From: a virus
Strand: one strand, 5' to 3'
Virus record (IMG/VR): IMGVR_UViG_3300045391_004028
Length of the DNA stretch: 58,714 nucleotides
A program made the translations under genes and the position numbers. The notes beneath the pieces were generated by a model that worked only from the letters and a program-made list of their open reading frames with translations, had not been told where the DNA came from and made no database searches. This document shows positions 49,901-57,334 of the stretch, piece after piece. The stretch's first letter is position 1; the number at the start of each line of letters is the position of its first letter.

Positions 49901-51092
49901 GGAAGGCGTCGGCCTCCTTCTTCCCGGCCGGGCCGCCGAGGTCCAGTACGTCCTTCAGTTGCGCCTTGACGTCGGCCGGGAGGGAGTCCATCTCCTCCTG
50001 GCTCATGCCGGAGACGGTCTTGGTCAGGGCCTTCTTCTTGGCCGCCTTGGTCGCCGAGGTGCCGAGCTGCGCCATGAGCAGCTTCTGGTTGTCCGTCATG
50101 CCCTTGTCCGGCACCAGGTTGGCGGCGGGGGCGGCGGCGGGTGCCGGGGCGGCCTTGGGTGCGGCCGGGGCGGCGGCGGGTGCCGGGGCGGCCTTGGGTG
50201 CGGCCGGGGCGGGCGCCGGGGTGGGCTTGGTGACGTCCACGCCCTTGGACTTCAGGTAGTCGCGAACCTTGGCGCCATCGCCGTCCAGCTTCGACAGGTC
50301 GGCTTCGAGCTGGTTCAGGCCATCCGGATCGTTCTGGTACATAGCGTGGTAGAGCTGGCCAGCCGCGTAGCCGGACAGGCCCTCGTACGCCAGGCCGTCG
50401 CAGTCGTGGTCGCCCGTCTTGCACTTCGGCAGGTACTTGGCCGCCAGGGCGTCGCCGAGCAGGCCTGCTCGCTGCTCCAGGAAGGCGCGGTAGTGCTTCC
50501 CGCTGCCGCCGCCCTGGTTGTCGGCCGCCAGCGCCTCGGCGATCTTGGCCTGCACGTACACGGCGTAGTCCTGCTTGTTCTGCTTGTCGTTGAGCAGGCC
50601 GTGACTCGCCGCGAGGTCGGCGACCTGTGCGCCCTTAAGCTGCGAGTACTTCTTGATCTCGGTCTTGTTGAGGATGGCCTTCGAGCCCTTGGCCAACGCC
50701 TTGTCGGCCGAGTCGCCCAGGGCCGTGTGAGTGTGCGTGACCGTGGCCTGCTTGGCGAGCAGGGGGTGCGCCAGCACGTTCTTGTTGCCGGTCGCGACCT
50801 TCTTCTCCGCCTCGGACTTCGCGACCGCGCGGGCCGCCCGCTTGGCGGCCGTCTTCTCCTGCTGCGCCTTGTTGATCGCGTTCAGGGCGCCAGGGGCGAT
50901 GACGCCGAGCTTCTTCTTCCAGCCCTTGCACGGGCCCGGGTGCAGTGGGTTGCGGCAGAACGTCGACATGCTGCACGCGTCGTGCGAGAAGTCGACGACG
51001 GTCAGCACGCCGTCCTGCTCCACGGCGGCCACCACCGCGCCGTCTGCGGCTTCGTCGAAGCCGTACAGCAGCGAGCCGAGCGTGTCGGTCAC
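46995..51092 (-). CDS. Large virion-module protein with repetitive Ala/Pro/Lys-rich linker and C-terminal R-S-E ADP-ribosyltransferase domain
   Basis: 1365 aa. The GTG overlaps the MuF stop. N-terminal CRNPLHPGPCKGW. C-terminal LNRGTGW (R), FMSTT (STT) and SENEML (ExE) in canonical order and spacing. Confidence 0.8.
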   Translation of the reverse strand: MTDTLGSLLYGFDEAADGAVVAAVEQDGVLTVVDFSHDACSMSTFCRNPLHPGPCKGWKKKLGVIAPGALNAINKAQQEKTAAKRAARAVAKSEAEKKVATGNKNVLAHPLLAKQATVTHTHTALGDSADKALAKGSKAILNKTEIKKYSQLKGAQVADLAASHGLLNDKQNKQDYAVYVQAKIAEALAADNQGGGSGKHYRAFLEQRAGLLGDALAAKYLPKCKTGDHDCDGLAYEGLSGYAAGQLYHAMYQNDPDGLNQLEADLSKLDGDGAKVRDYLKSKGVDVTKPTPAPAPAAPKAAPAPAAAPAAPKAAPAPAAAPAANLVPDKGMTDNQKLLMAQLGTSATKAAKKKALTKTVSGMSQEEMDSLPADVKAQLKDVLDLGGPAGKKEADAFHEPLTPNTPPTPEQAAQLAAQAAGKAAMGQAPVPLGATDKALLYGSVDPKAFLALPPDQQHALLADLKKMHDDDPNGPAKGILAFLTGSTSGKTDLSPAQIAAGQAVSNPFMPVDEVMDEFGKMGVAEYQNLPSDLHNSVQAQVKFYAESGDPKAVKLAEKFGIVPPPADEPTPAPAPKPGIPEPGPTASLPENVSKVEQVGAGPGLSPAAADAAGYAMGSKTGTAKQKLAAYEKLTPEEFQSLSPSSQKLILADLDKIHDKFLDPKKKEQVNAVKAKLGLATGGGAGSGGAADTTAPSTDLGAPAPTSVEQAAANAGADKILQINSWLDPKTSADPTWKAQLADKILNTKQHGTGFGNSTSKIFAEALTNDLLDKLDVTNADEAEKKHVLDPLTAEIKSAILQDGEPTPVLDALEALHEKALKHDSTKESGLQGVMDAIDAWHEKNKIDPLGGGPTDAQIAKLYEHAGLPAPSSLDAFVPGGETTVVNQLSNKAFAHHIITTAGLSGVDENWTGGETLMKISDALKADYMKALKNGDTTPGGLAAELPKMAKNTAEEAAKQVAANGWAPDSPIVESWKSSHLLAQIKDYLDLNGGGSPAGAGGGSTHSAPAAVKTAAKKAAPSGPTAAKLTGSHKLDSAQMLTIHSAYKSFGAGAYMSADDSEKWDNLTATASALAGKAGFPKNLSVADIMQTVDSQIANNLGVPNANMLENKIKDWMATPAGAAYVKNHVVSPAKVNSLAGYTAPPPKLPGLKAGQLIQTKPGPGKYDPNKPATDFHPHTPQQAQKELDDYLFNNGKVLSAGHWKAVTRYTGNAYTQMNAYLRGKDSSGNLYPPFKASEQTKKDVLMIQDAMMPLQSDHLLNRGTGWNFVPKEFQGADNLKKLIGKTFEDKAFMSTTVAGGGQGFHGPVKLTIEAPAGTHALFVKAKSQYSSENEMLLAAGTRFRVLSVEEKGGQTHVRVRVVTPK
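50128..50205. repeat. Perfect 39-bp tandem duplication inside the ART-protein gene
   Basis: 50128-50166 equals 50167-50205 (ggggcggcggcgggtgccggggcggccttgggtgcggcc), encoding AAPKAAPAPAAAP twice. Confidence 0.9.
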
Positions 51093-51889
51093 GTGAGCCC
51101 CCGGAAGTGGCGGTTGGACAGGTCTACGGGCTCACCCTCGCGGGCGAGCAGGATCGAGCACCGGCAGTTGATGACCTCCTGCGGGGGACCCGCCGGGTCG
51201 CCGGGGTACATCAGCAGCGCGCCGCCGACGTCGAACGGCGCGTTGAGCGGTACCCGCTGCTCGTCGGCGCCGGTGCGGCGGGCGTGCGTGAACCGGGTCC
51301 GGTGATCGTGGGTGGCCAGCCAGACCTTCTCCCACGATCCGCCGAGCTGGCCCGCGAGGGACTGGAAGCCCGCGAACCGGCCCGCGTTGTACGCTCCGAT
51401 CGCCTCGGTGCGCGCGATGGTGCGGGCCCGGCCCGCCCAGGCGTCCTGCCCGCTCTCGCCGAGGATGTCCTCGACACGCGCGGCCAGGTCGTCGATGCTC
51501 CAGCCCTCGGTGGTGGCCTTCAGGGTGGCGCGGTTGATCTGGGCGTACACGCTGTCGGGTACTCGCACGAGCCGGTTGCGGCTGGCGGTCAGGTAGTCGC
51601 GGACGCGGGCGTTGGCGTCGGGCTCCCAGTTGTCGTTCACGTTCTCGGCCGACTGGTCGAAGATGCCCTCGATCTCCACGATCAGCTCATCGTCGACCTG
51701 GGCCGCGAACCACGGGTTCAGCGACGGCACGGCGTGCACGTCCGGCATGCCACCGGCACCGAACACGGCCGTGCGGATCTTCGTCGCCCACTTGCCGAGC
51801 AGGTCCAGGATCCGCTTGAACAGGGTGCCCTCGGCCGCCATGAGGTCGGTGATCACCTTCAGCTTCGGCGCCAGCCACGGATCAGCCAC
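51089..51889 (-). CDS. MuF-like (SPP1 gp7 family) minor capsid/head morphogenesis protein
   Basis: ARTIARTEAIGAYNAGRF, ATHDHRTRFTH and VINCRCSIL are Phage_Mu_F hallmarks. GTG at 51889 lies 5 nt after GGAGG, and the ORF-track start at 51970 is an alternative. Confidence 0.8.
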   Translation of the reverse strand: MADPWLAPKLKVITDLMAAEGTLFKRILDLLGKWATKIRTAVFGAGGMPDVHAVPSLNPWFAAQVDDELIVEIEGIFDQSAENVNDNWEPDANARVRDYLTASRNRLVRVPDSVYAQINRATLKATTEGWSIDDLAARVEDILGESGQDAWAGRARTIARTEAIGAYNAGRFAGFQSLAGQLGGSWEKVWLATHDHRTRFTHARRTGADEQRVPLNAPFDVGGALLMYPGDPAGPPQEVINCRCSILLAREGEPVDLSNRHFRGLT

Positions 51890-53744
51890 GGGCACCTCCG
51901 CGCAGCATCGCGGCCAGCAGCTCCGGCGAATGCGGATAGCCCCTGACCAGCAGCTCCGTGCAGTACTCACGGAGCACGTTCGTCAGCTCACCGGGCAGCA
52001 CGCCGTGGTGGGCGGCCAGCGCGGGCACGTGGATGAACGCGCCGTCGAGCAGCGTGTAGGCGTGCTCCCGGTCGGTGGGCTGCATCTGGGTGTGCAGCTC
52101 AGAGCGGGCTACGGAGGAGAACCGGCCGCGCGAGTGCCGGTCCAGCATCCGTCCGCCCGCCAGCTCCAGCGCGCGCAGGACCGCCTGTTCGGCGCCGGGA
52201 AGCAGCGCCGCGAACCCCTGGCCGCTCTGCGCCGGGCTGCCGCCCTGCGGCTCGTTGGGCAGGGAGCGCTGATCGCCGCCGAGAAGCTGCTGCGCGTCCG
52301 GCGGGACGGCCGAGTCCTGCGGTCCGCCGGGCGGAAGCTGCTGCTGCGCGGCGGCCGGGTCCTCGACGACGGGCAGCCCGGCCAGGTCGGCCAGCTCCTT
52401 GTTCGACAGCAGCTTGGGGTCGGCCTGGATGAGCTTCCAGGCCATCCACGACTTGTGGTCGGCGGTCTTAGGCGAGTCGTCCTCGGAGAAGTTGCCCGAC
52501 GTGCGCAGCTCCTCGTCTGACAGGACGCCCCGGTCCCAGAGCTGGATGGCGTCCTCGAACCGGTTGGGCCGCACGGTGAGCGGGCTGGGATCGAACCACA
52601 GCGTGTACTTGTCGGGGTCCTTGCCGAGCACCTTCAGCGCCGGGGCCAGGTAGGACTGGGTGAGCGCGTCGCAGATCCGGGTCATGACGGGCTGGATGAA
52701 CAGCTTGATCCCGGACTCGTCAATCTGCCAGGCGCTCCAATGGTTGGCGCCGCCCTGGCCGAGCAGCTCCTCCGGGGCGATGTCGAGTGACGTGGCCAGC
52801 CGCCGGATGGCGTGGTCCAGCTTGTCCTTGATCTCGGCGGCCAGCGCGGTCTCGAACTTGATGTGCTGGATGTCGTTGCCGGTACCCGCCGGGATCTCGC
52901 CGAGGATAGGTACGAGGCCCGCCGCCGTGCCCGCGCCGGTGAGCTGGGCCTGAGCGACCTCCAGGATCATCTCCAGCAGGCCGTTGAGCCCCTTGGGCGC
53001 GCCGTCCTTGTCCGGGAAGTTGATCGACTGGGGCAGCAGGAGCAGGCCAGCGCTGATCAGTCGGGAGTCGATCTGGCTGAACGTGAGCAGCGACAGCCGC
53101 TCCATCTCGCGCAGGATCGGCAGGGCCGAGCGGACCGACGAGTCGGGGACGTCGTACTTGCGCGGGTGGGGCGTCCACACCCGCGTCATCAGGTCGAGCT
53201 TCGGGTCGATCGCGTGCCAGCCGCCGCCGTGCTCCATCGGCCGCTCGACGCGGTACGTGCCCGCGTACTTGCGGATCTGGCTGGGCGTTACCACGTACCA
53301 GATGTCCTTGTCCTTCTTGGCCGCCGACTCGGCGATCACGTAGGACTCGCCGCCCACGTAGAGCTGGACGTCAATCGTGCGCAGGTACTCGGCCTTGCGC
53401 GCCGGGCCGCCGAAGATCGAGCCCGCGAGATCCTGGATCTCCTGCTCCGGGGCCGGTGCTCCCGGGTCGCCCTGATCGTCCAGCTCGGCGACGTACAGGC
53501 GGCACTGCGACAGCGCCCCGGCGTGCCGGTTGGCCGCGAAGCGCAGCTCGCCGTTGATGTCGTAGTGGCGCCACGCCTCCCGCTGCCATTCCTCGTCGCC
53601 GACGCGGGCCCGCATCACTGAGCCCTCGTCGAGGGCCATCCGGGCGGCGGCGGCCACGAGCGCCCGCATGTCGGAGGTCGGCTCCGGCTGCTGGACGTGC
53701 TCGACGACCTGGACGTTGGTCGGCGCGGCGGGGCGAATGCGCAT
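51882..53744 (-). CDS. Portal protein
   Basis: 620 aa between the terminase region and MuF. ATG at 53744 follows GAGGGAGAG and overlaps the upstream stop. The N-terminal 151 codons of ORF-track 51882..54197 were rejected. Confidence 0.8.
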   Translation of the reverse strand: MRIRPAAPTNVQVVEHVQQPEPTSDMRALVAAAARMALDEGSVMRARVGDEEWQREAWRHYDINGELRFAANRHAGALSQCRLYVAELDDQGDPGAPAPEQEIQDLAGSIFGGPARKAEYLRTIDVQLYVGGESYVIAESAAKKDKDIWYVVTPSQIRKYAGTYRVERPMEHGGGWHAIDPKLDLMTRVWTPHPRKYDVPDSSVRSALPILREMERLSLLTFSQIDSRLISAGLLLLPQSINFPDKDGAPKGLNGLLEMILEVAQAQLTGAGTAAGLVPILGEIPAGTGNDIQHIKFETALAAEIKDKLDHAIRRLATSLDIAPEELLGQGGANHWSAWQIDESGIKLFIQPVMTRICDALTQSYLAPALKVLGKDPDKYTLWFDPSPLTVRPNRFEDAIQLWDRGVLSDEELRTSGNFSEDDSPKTADHKSWMAWKLIQADPKLLSNKELADLAGLPVVEDPAAAQQQLPPGGPQDSAVPPDAQQLLGGDQRSLPNEPQGGSPAQSGQGFAALLPGAEQAVLRALELAGGRMLDRHSRGRFSSVARSELHTQMQPTDREHAYTLLDGAFIHVPALAAHHGVLPGELTNVLREYCTELLVRGYPHSPELLAAMLRGGARG

Positions 53745-54079
53745 CAGCTCTCCCTCTGCGCGAGCAGACCGGTCACGTGCGAGAAGGCGAGCAGCAGCGC
53801 CGGGATCAGGAACCACGGCGCCGTTGGCCAGAAGTAGGCGATCACAGCCGCCGGGGCGGCCACGTAGATTGACACGCACCAGGGGCAGGTGAGCAGGTAG
53901 ACGGGCAGCGGCGGAAGCGCGCGGCCCCGCTCCTGCACCGGCACCAGCGGCGCGCACCGGCTCCACAGCCGGTCGAGCAGCCGATCGCGCGGGCCCTCGG
54001 TGAGCTTGTCGGCGGTCACCAGGCGGGTAACGCGGGCCACGGCCAGCGCGTAAACCAGCCAGACGAACGCCGAGATCAT
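53744..54079 (-). CDS. DUF1360-like membrane protein
   Basis: LAVARVTRLVTADKLTEGPRDRL and LLTCPWCVSIYVAAPA match the DUF1360 pattern. Confidence 0.65.
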   Translation of the reverse strand: MISAFVWLVYALAVARVTRLVTADKLTEGPRDRLLDRLWSRCAPLVPVQERGRALPPLPVYLLTCPWCVSIYVAAPAAVIAYFWPTAPWFLIPALLLAFSHVTGLLAQRES

Positions 54080-54136
54080 GCCGGAATCGTAGCGGCCCGA
54101 GCCTCCTTTCCGTTACGCCCAGTCGCCCGACACGAC

Positions 54137-54171
54137 GAAGCCCCCCGCGCCAGCCGTTCGCGGAGGGCTTC
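54137..54171 (-). terminator. Terminator/attenuator hairpin inside the terminase-portal interval
   Basis: gaagccccccgcg / cgcggagggcttc pairs at 12 of 13 positions with a 9-nt loop. Confidence 0.55.
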
Positions 54172-54209
54172 GCACGGGGGACTTGCGGGAGGTGCACTTC
54201 CGGGGAGCG

Positions 54210-54338
54210 CTACCTGGTCGGTAGGTGCTGGCAGCCTACATCGGGCGGGCACGGCTCGCTGCCGATGCCGGGCCCGCACTGCATGAGCAGCCCGAGCACG
54301 GCGAGGATCAGCAGGCACAGGACCAGGGCCGTCCTCAT
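54210..54338 (-). CDS. Small secreted/lipoprotein-like Cys-rich peptide (42 aa)
   Basis: MRTALVLCLLILAVLGLLMQCGPGIGSEPCPPDVGCQHLPTR. ATGA overlap with the upstream gene and high GC3. Confidence 0.5.
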   Translation of the reverse strand: MRTALVLCLLILAVLGLLMQCGPGIGSEPCPPDVGCQHLPTR

Positions 54339-54529
54339 ACGGTCGGCCAGCCGGTCCAGCGGCCGTTGGTCTCCTCGCTGAACGGGTTGGCCTCGGTCTG
54401 CATCTTCCACTTCAGCCACTCGTCGTACAGCGGGTGGTTGTGCCCCGACGTCGGCGAGCAGCAGCAGGTCATGCAGCGGCAGACGAGACCGATCTCCTGC
54501 TCGATGGCGGGCCAGTCGCGGCCGGTCAT
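54335..54529 (-). CDS. Small Cys-cluster protein (64 aa)
   Basis: MTGRDWPAIEQEIGLVCRCMTCCCSPTSGHNHPLYDEW... ATGA overlaps on both sides and nearly all codons end in G/C. Confidence 0.6.
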   Translation of the reverse strand: MTGRDWPAIEQEIGLVCRCMTCCCSPTSGHNHPLYDEWLKWKMQTEANPFSEETNGRWTGWPTV

Positions 54530-54852
54530 GCCTTGCTCGGCTCGTCGCTGGAGGGCTTCATGTCGAACATCTTCAAGAACTCCTCCTCCAAGAAGACCTG
54601 GACCTTGCTGCCGTCGAAGGCAACGACGTCGCTCGGCCCGACCGGAACGCCGTAGACCTCCAGCACCGGGACGAACTCGCCGTCGTAGCGCATGGTCGCC
54701 TTGAAGGCGACCCGGTCCGTCTTCGTGAGCAGCCAGCGCGCGATGGCCAGGCCGCTCTCCAGGCCGCCGCCCCACTGGACCGCCTCGATCTCCAGGGGCT
54801 TGGGAACCCAGACGTTCGGGCGCGCCGCCCCCGCTCTCTCCTGTTTGTCCAT
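54526..54852 (-). CDS. Hypothetical protein (108 aa)
   Basis: ORF-track with protein-like composition. Confidence 0.65.
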   Translation of the reverse strand: MDKQERAGAARPNVWVPKPLEIEAVQWGGGLESGLAIARWLLTKTDRVAFKATMRYDGEFVPVLEVYGVPVGPSDVVAFDGSKVQVFLEEEFLKMFDMKPSSDEPSKA

Positions 54853-54855
54853 GCC

Positions 54856-55044
54856 CTACATGCTACCCGGGGGGCTACATGGCTCGCCATCTGGGCCAAC
54901 CCACTTGATCGTGACAGTGACCTTGGCGTCTGGGTCCTGTTCTTTGATCTTCCGCACCTCCTCCTGAACAGCAGCCTCGATGGCCTCGTCTGCGATCTTC
55001 TGAATATCCCGTCTGACCCCGGCCATGAGCCGATCAATGTCCAT
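54856..55044 (-). CDS. Hypothetical protein (62 aa)
   Basis: Internal ATG of ORF-track 54856..55107, downstream of the TerL stop. MDIDRLMAGVRRDIQKIADEAIEAAVQEEVRKIKE. Confidence 0.5.
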   Translation of the reverse strand: MDIDRLMAGVRRDIQKIADEAIEAAVQEEVRKIKEQDPDAKVTVTIKWVGPDGEPCSPPGSM

Positions 55045-55060
55045 AGTGGACAGTCTAGGG

Positions 55061-56566
55061 CTACATCCCCGGCATGCGCGAGGCCAGCGGGCCCATGGAG
55101 CCGACACCGGTGAGCTGGCGGCCGACCGGCGACACGGCGGGTACCTCGTGGCCCTCGCGGTCGTACAGGGCCAGCTCGCCGTAAACGAGGGCGTCGACCC
55201 GGTCCGGGCTCTCCTTCGTCTCGCCGGGCACCCATGTGATCATCTGCGTCTCCAGGTCGCCGAGGCCCTGGTCCTTCACGTGGTGCACGCGGCCGATCTG
55301 CTCGTACCGGGTGGCGACCGGCTCTGCCCGTAGCGCCTTGCCGACCTTGGCGGTCACGGTCTTGATCGGCGGTGCGCCGCCGGGCGGGAACAGGCCCTCG
55401 CGCTGCATCTCCTTGTACGCCTGGATCATGACGTCCATCAGCCACTTCTTGGCGATGTTCGTCTCGATCACCACGTGGTTGGCCGAGTACTTGAGGTACA
55501 TCTCCCAGGCCCGCCGGGCGGCGGCATGCCCCGCGATCCGCTTCGACCAGTCGCCCAGCACGTAGTCCTGGCCGTCCGTGCCGCGCGCCGTGCAGACGAG
55601 GCCGGTCTCATCGGAGGTGTCGGATTCGGTGCCCGCCGGGTCCATGCCGATCACGCGGTACACCAGGTTGGGGATGTCGGAGGCGTTGACGCGGTCCCGC
55701 TCGATCCATTCGAGCGACCACATGGCGCCCTCGACCTCGCGAATCAGCTCGCCGCCCAGCTCCTGGCGTCCCAGCCGGGTGCCGTGGTAGCGCTTGTGCA
55801 GCTCGGCGAGCGTCTGGGCGGGCATGTTGGCCGCGTTCGCATACGTCGAGCCGGACGTGATGACGACCGAGCCGTCATGCTCGTCCTGCCACTTGATGAG
55901 CTGCACCACGAGCTTCGGGGTGGTGGCGACGACGACGCGCGGGAATTCGCCGTCCGGCAGCTCGGCGCGCAGCGACGGCATGATGCCCTCGATCCAGGAG
56001 CCGTCCGGCTTGCGCCACTTCGCGTACTCGTCGAGCCAGGCGCCCGCCGCGTTGTAGCCCCGGCCGACGTCCTCGTCATCGGCGCCCTCGATGTAGAAGA
56101 TCTGGCCCTCGGCGCCCTTGGCGTCGTAGAGCTGGATAAACGGCTTGTTGCCGCCGTAGATCTTCCACCGGCCGGTGCGGTCGTGCTGGTTGCGCCGCTC
56201 TTCGCCAAGGCGCCGGGTGAGCACGCGGGCGATCCCGGCCGGGCCCTTCACGCACAGCCGCAGGCCGTCGGTCAGCGTCTCGCCGATGATCAGCCACTCG
56301 GTGCGGAAGCCCTTGGTGTCCACGGGGAAGTTGAGCGCGCGTTCGGCCAGCCACTCGGCGGCCGTCTTCGTCTTGCCGAAGCCACGCCCGGCCAGCAGGA
56401 GCCAGATGAACCAGTCGCCGGGCGGGGCCTTCTGCTCGGGCCGGGCCGTCCACCACCACTCGTCGCGCATGATGTCGGCGATGACCCAGTCCGGCTGTCC
56501 GGCGAGCCAGCGCGCTTGGACCTCGGGCCGCCACGAGGAGATCTCGGCCTTGGCTGATCTTCCCAC
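55061..56566 (-). CDS. terL: Terminase large subunit
   Basis: Walker A LLLAGRGFGKTKTAAEW, a later DEYAKW acidic motif and a C-terminal nuclease-like half. 501 aa. Confidence 0.9.
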   Translation of the reverse strand: MGRSAKAEISSWRPEVQARWLAGQPDWVIADIMRDEWWWTARPEQKAPPGDWFIWLLLAGRGFGKTKTAAEWLAERALNFPVDTKGFRTEWLIIGETLTDGLRLCVKGPAGIARVLTRRLGEERRNQHDRTGRWKIYGGNKPFIQLYDAKGAEGQIFYIEGADDEDVGRGYNAAGAWLDEYAKWRKPDGSWIEGIMPSLRAELPDGEFPRVVVATTPKLVVQLIKWQDEHDGSVVITSGSTYANAANMPAQTLAELHKRYHGTRLGRQELGGELIREVEGAMWSLEWIERDRVNASDIPNLVYRVIGMDPAGTESDTSDETGLVCTARGTDGQDYVLGDWSKRIAGHAAARRAWEMYLKYSANHVVIETNIAKKWLMDVMIQAYKEMQREGLFPPGGAPPIKTVTAKVGKALRAEPVATRYEQIGRVHHVKDQGLGDLETQMITWVPGETKESPDRVDALVYGELALYDREGHEVPAVSPVGRQLTGVGSMGPLASRMPGM

Positions 56567-56680
56567 CGTTCGAGCTTACGGAAGGTCAGGCCCAGTACCG
56601 CCGGACGCCCTCGCCGCCGGGGAACGTGTAGCGCTCGATGTGCCAGCGCGGGCCGGGCTCGACGCCCGCGACCGCCAGGG

Positions 56681-56875
56681 TCAGCGCACCGGCCGCGCCG
56701 AGGAGGAGCGCCCGCCGGGTCGGGCCGCCGTGAGCGTCCAGGTGACGAGGAACGCGGCGAGCAGGCCGACCGTGGACAGGCCGGGCTCCAGCAGGACGCG
56801 GGCCAGGGCGACGAAGAACAGCACGAGCACGACGCCGATGACGGCCGCAATGGCGTAGAGGGCGGCGGTGTTCAT
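56681..56875 (-). CDS. Small membrane protein (64 aa); 3' end may continue in another frame
   Basis: ATGA overlap with the upstream gene. MNTAALYAIAAVIGVVLVLFFVALARVLLEPGLSTVGLLAAFLVTW... Coding-like signal continues to 56586 in the -1 frame. Confidence 0.5.
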   Translation of the reverse strand: MNTAALYAIAAVIGVVLVLFFVALARVLLEPGLSTVGLLAAFLVTWTLTAARPGGRSSSARPVR

Positions 56876-56985
56876 CCGACCCACCCTCGCAGGGCGACGA
56901 CCGCCAGAAAGGTGCCCGCACCGGCAGCCACCGCCACGACGAACGCGGCGAAGCCGAACGCGAGGGCAAGGGCTACGGACTTCAT
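56872..56985 (-). CDS. Micro membrane protein (37 aa)
   Basis: MKSVALALAFGFAAFVVAVAAGAGTFLAVVALRGWVG. Divergent from the RHH gene. Confidence 0.45.
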   Translation of the reverse strand: MKSVALALAFGFAAFVVAVAAGAGTFLAVVALRGWVG

Positions 56986-57004
56986 GGCTGGAGACGGTAG
57001 CACA

Positions 57005-57034
57005 GCGTCTTACGAGAATGGTAGCGTAAGACGC
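57005..57034. promoter_or_regulatory. Perfect 10-bp inverted repeat (operator candidate) abutting the RHH start codon
   Basis: gcgtcttacg agaatggtag cgtaagacgc. Further half-sites cgtaag at 57050-57055 and cgtcttacg at 57326-57334. Confidence 0.6.
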
Positions 57035-57238
57035 ATGGAGCAGGGGAAACGTAAGGGTCGCCCACCGTCCGGAGACCCGCGTGTAGTCATCAATGTGCGG
57101 ATCAAGATGGCCTCGAAGACGGCGATCGAGGAGCGCGCGAAGCAAGAGGGGTGTACCGCCTCTGACCTGCACAGACGTCTTCTGGCGTTCGCTCTGGAGA
57201 AGATGCCGCCCGGCTGGGGTCAGGTGCAGATGAGGTAG
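57035..57238 (+). CDS. Ribbon-helix-helix (CopG/Arc-like) DNA-binding protein
   Basis: 67 aa. A basic N-terminus, then VINVRIKMASKTAIEERAKQEGCTASDLHRRLLAFAL as a beta-strand/helix/helix pattern. Confidence 0.65.
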   Translation: MEQGKRKGRPPSGDPRVVINVRIKMASKTAIEERAKQEGCTASDLHRRLLAFALEKMPPGWGQVQMR

Positions 57239-57240
57239 GA

Positions 57241-57270
57241 AACGGCCCCCGCCGGATAGCGGGGGCCGTT
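57241..57270. terminator. Bidirectional intrinsic terminator
   Basis: Perfect 12-bp stem aacggcccccgc / gcgggggccgtt with a 6-nt loop. Confidence 0.75.
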
Positions 57271-57273
57271 CTC

Positions 57274-57310
57274 GTACTACGAAAAACCGGTTCTTGTACT
57301 ACGAAAAACC
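57274..57310. repeat. Two exact 15-bp direct repeats (gtactacgaaaaacc) 22 bp apart in an AT-richer spacer
   Basis: 57274-57288 and 57296-57310 are identical. Confidence 0.9.
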
Positions 57311-57334
57311 CTGTGACGCAATTAACGTCTTACG

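Noticed and set aside
53745-54197. N-terminal 151 codons of the ORF-track portal frame (51882..54197).
   Set aside because: The extension is Arg/Ala/Pro-rich and overlaps the DUF1360 gene, which has a clear family motif. A good RBS plus ATG at 53744 gives a normal-sized portal.
54076-54318. 80-aa ORF (MPADPRRARAAH...) between the lipoprotein-like gene and the DUF1360 gene.
   Set aside because: It has shadow-like Arg/Ala composition. It overlaps a terminator hairpin and the better-supported 42-aa ORF.
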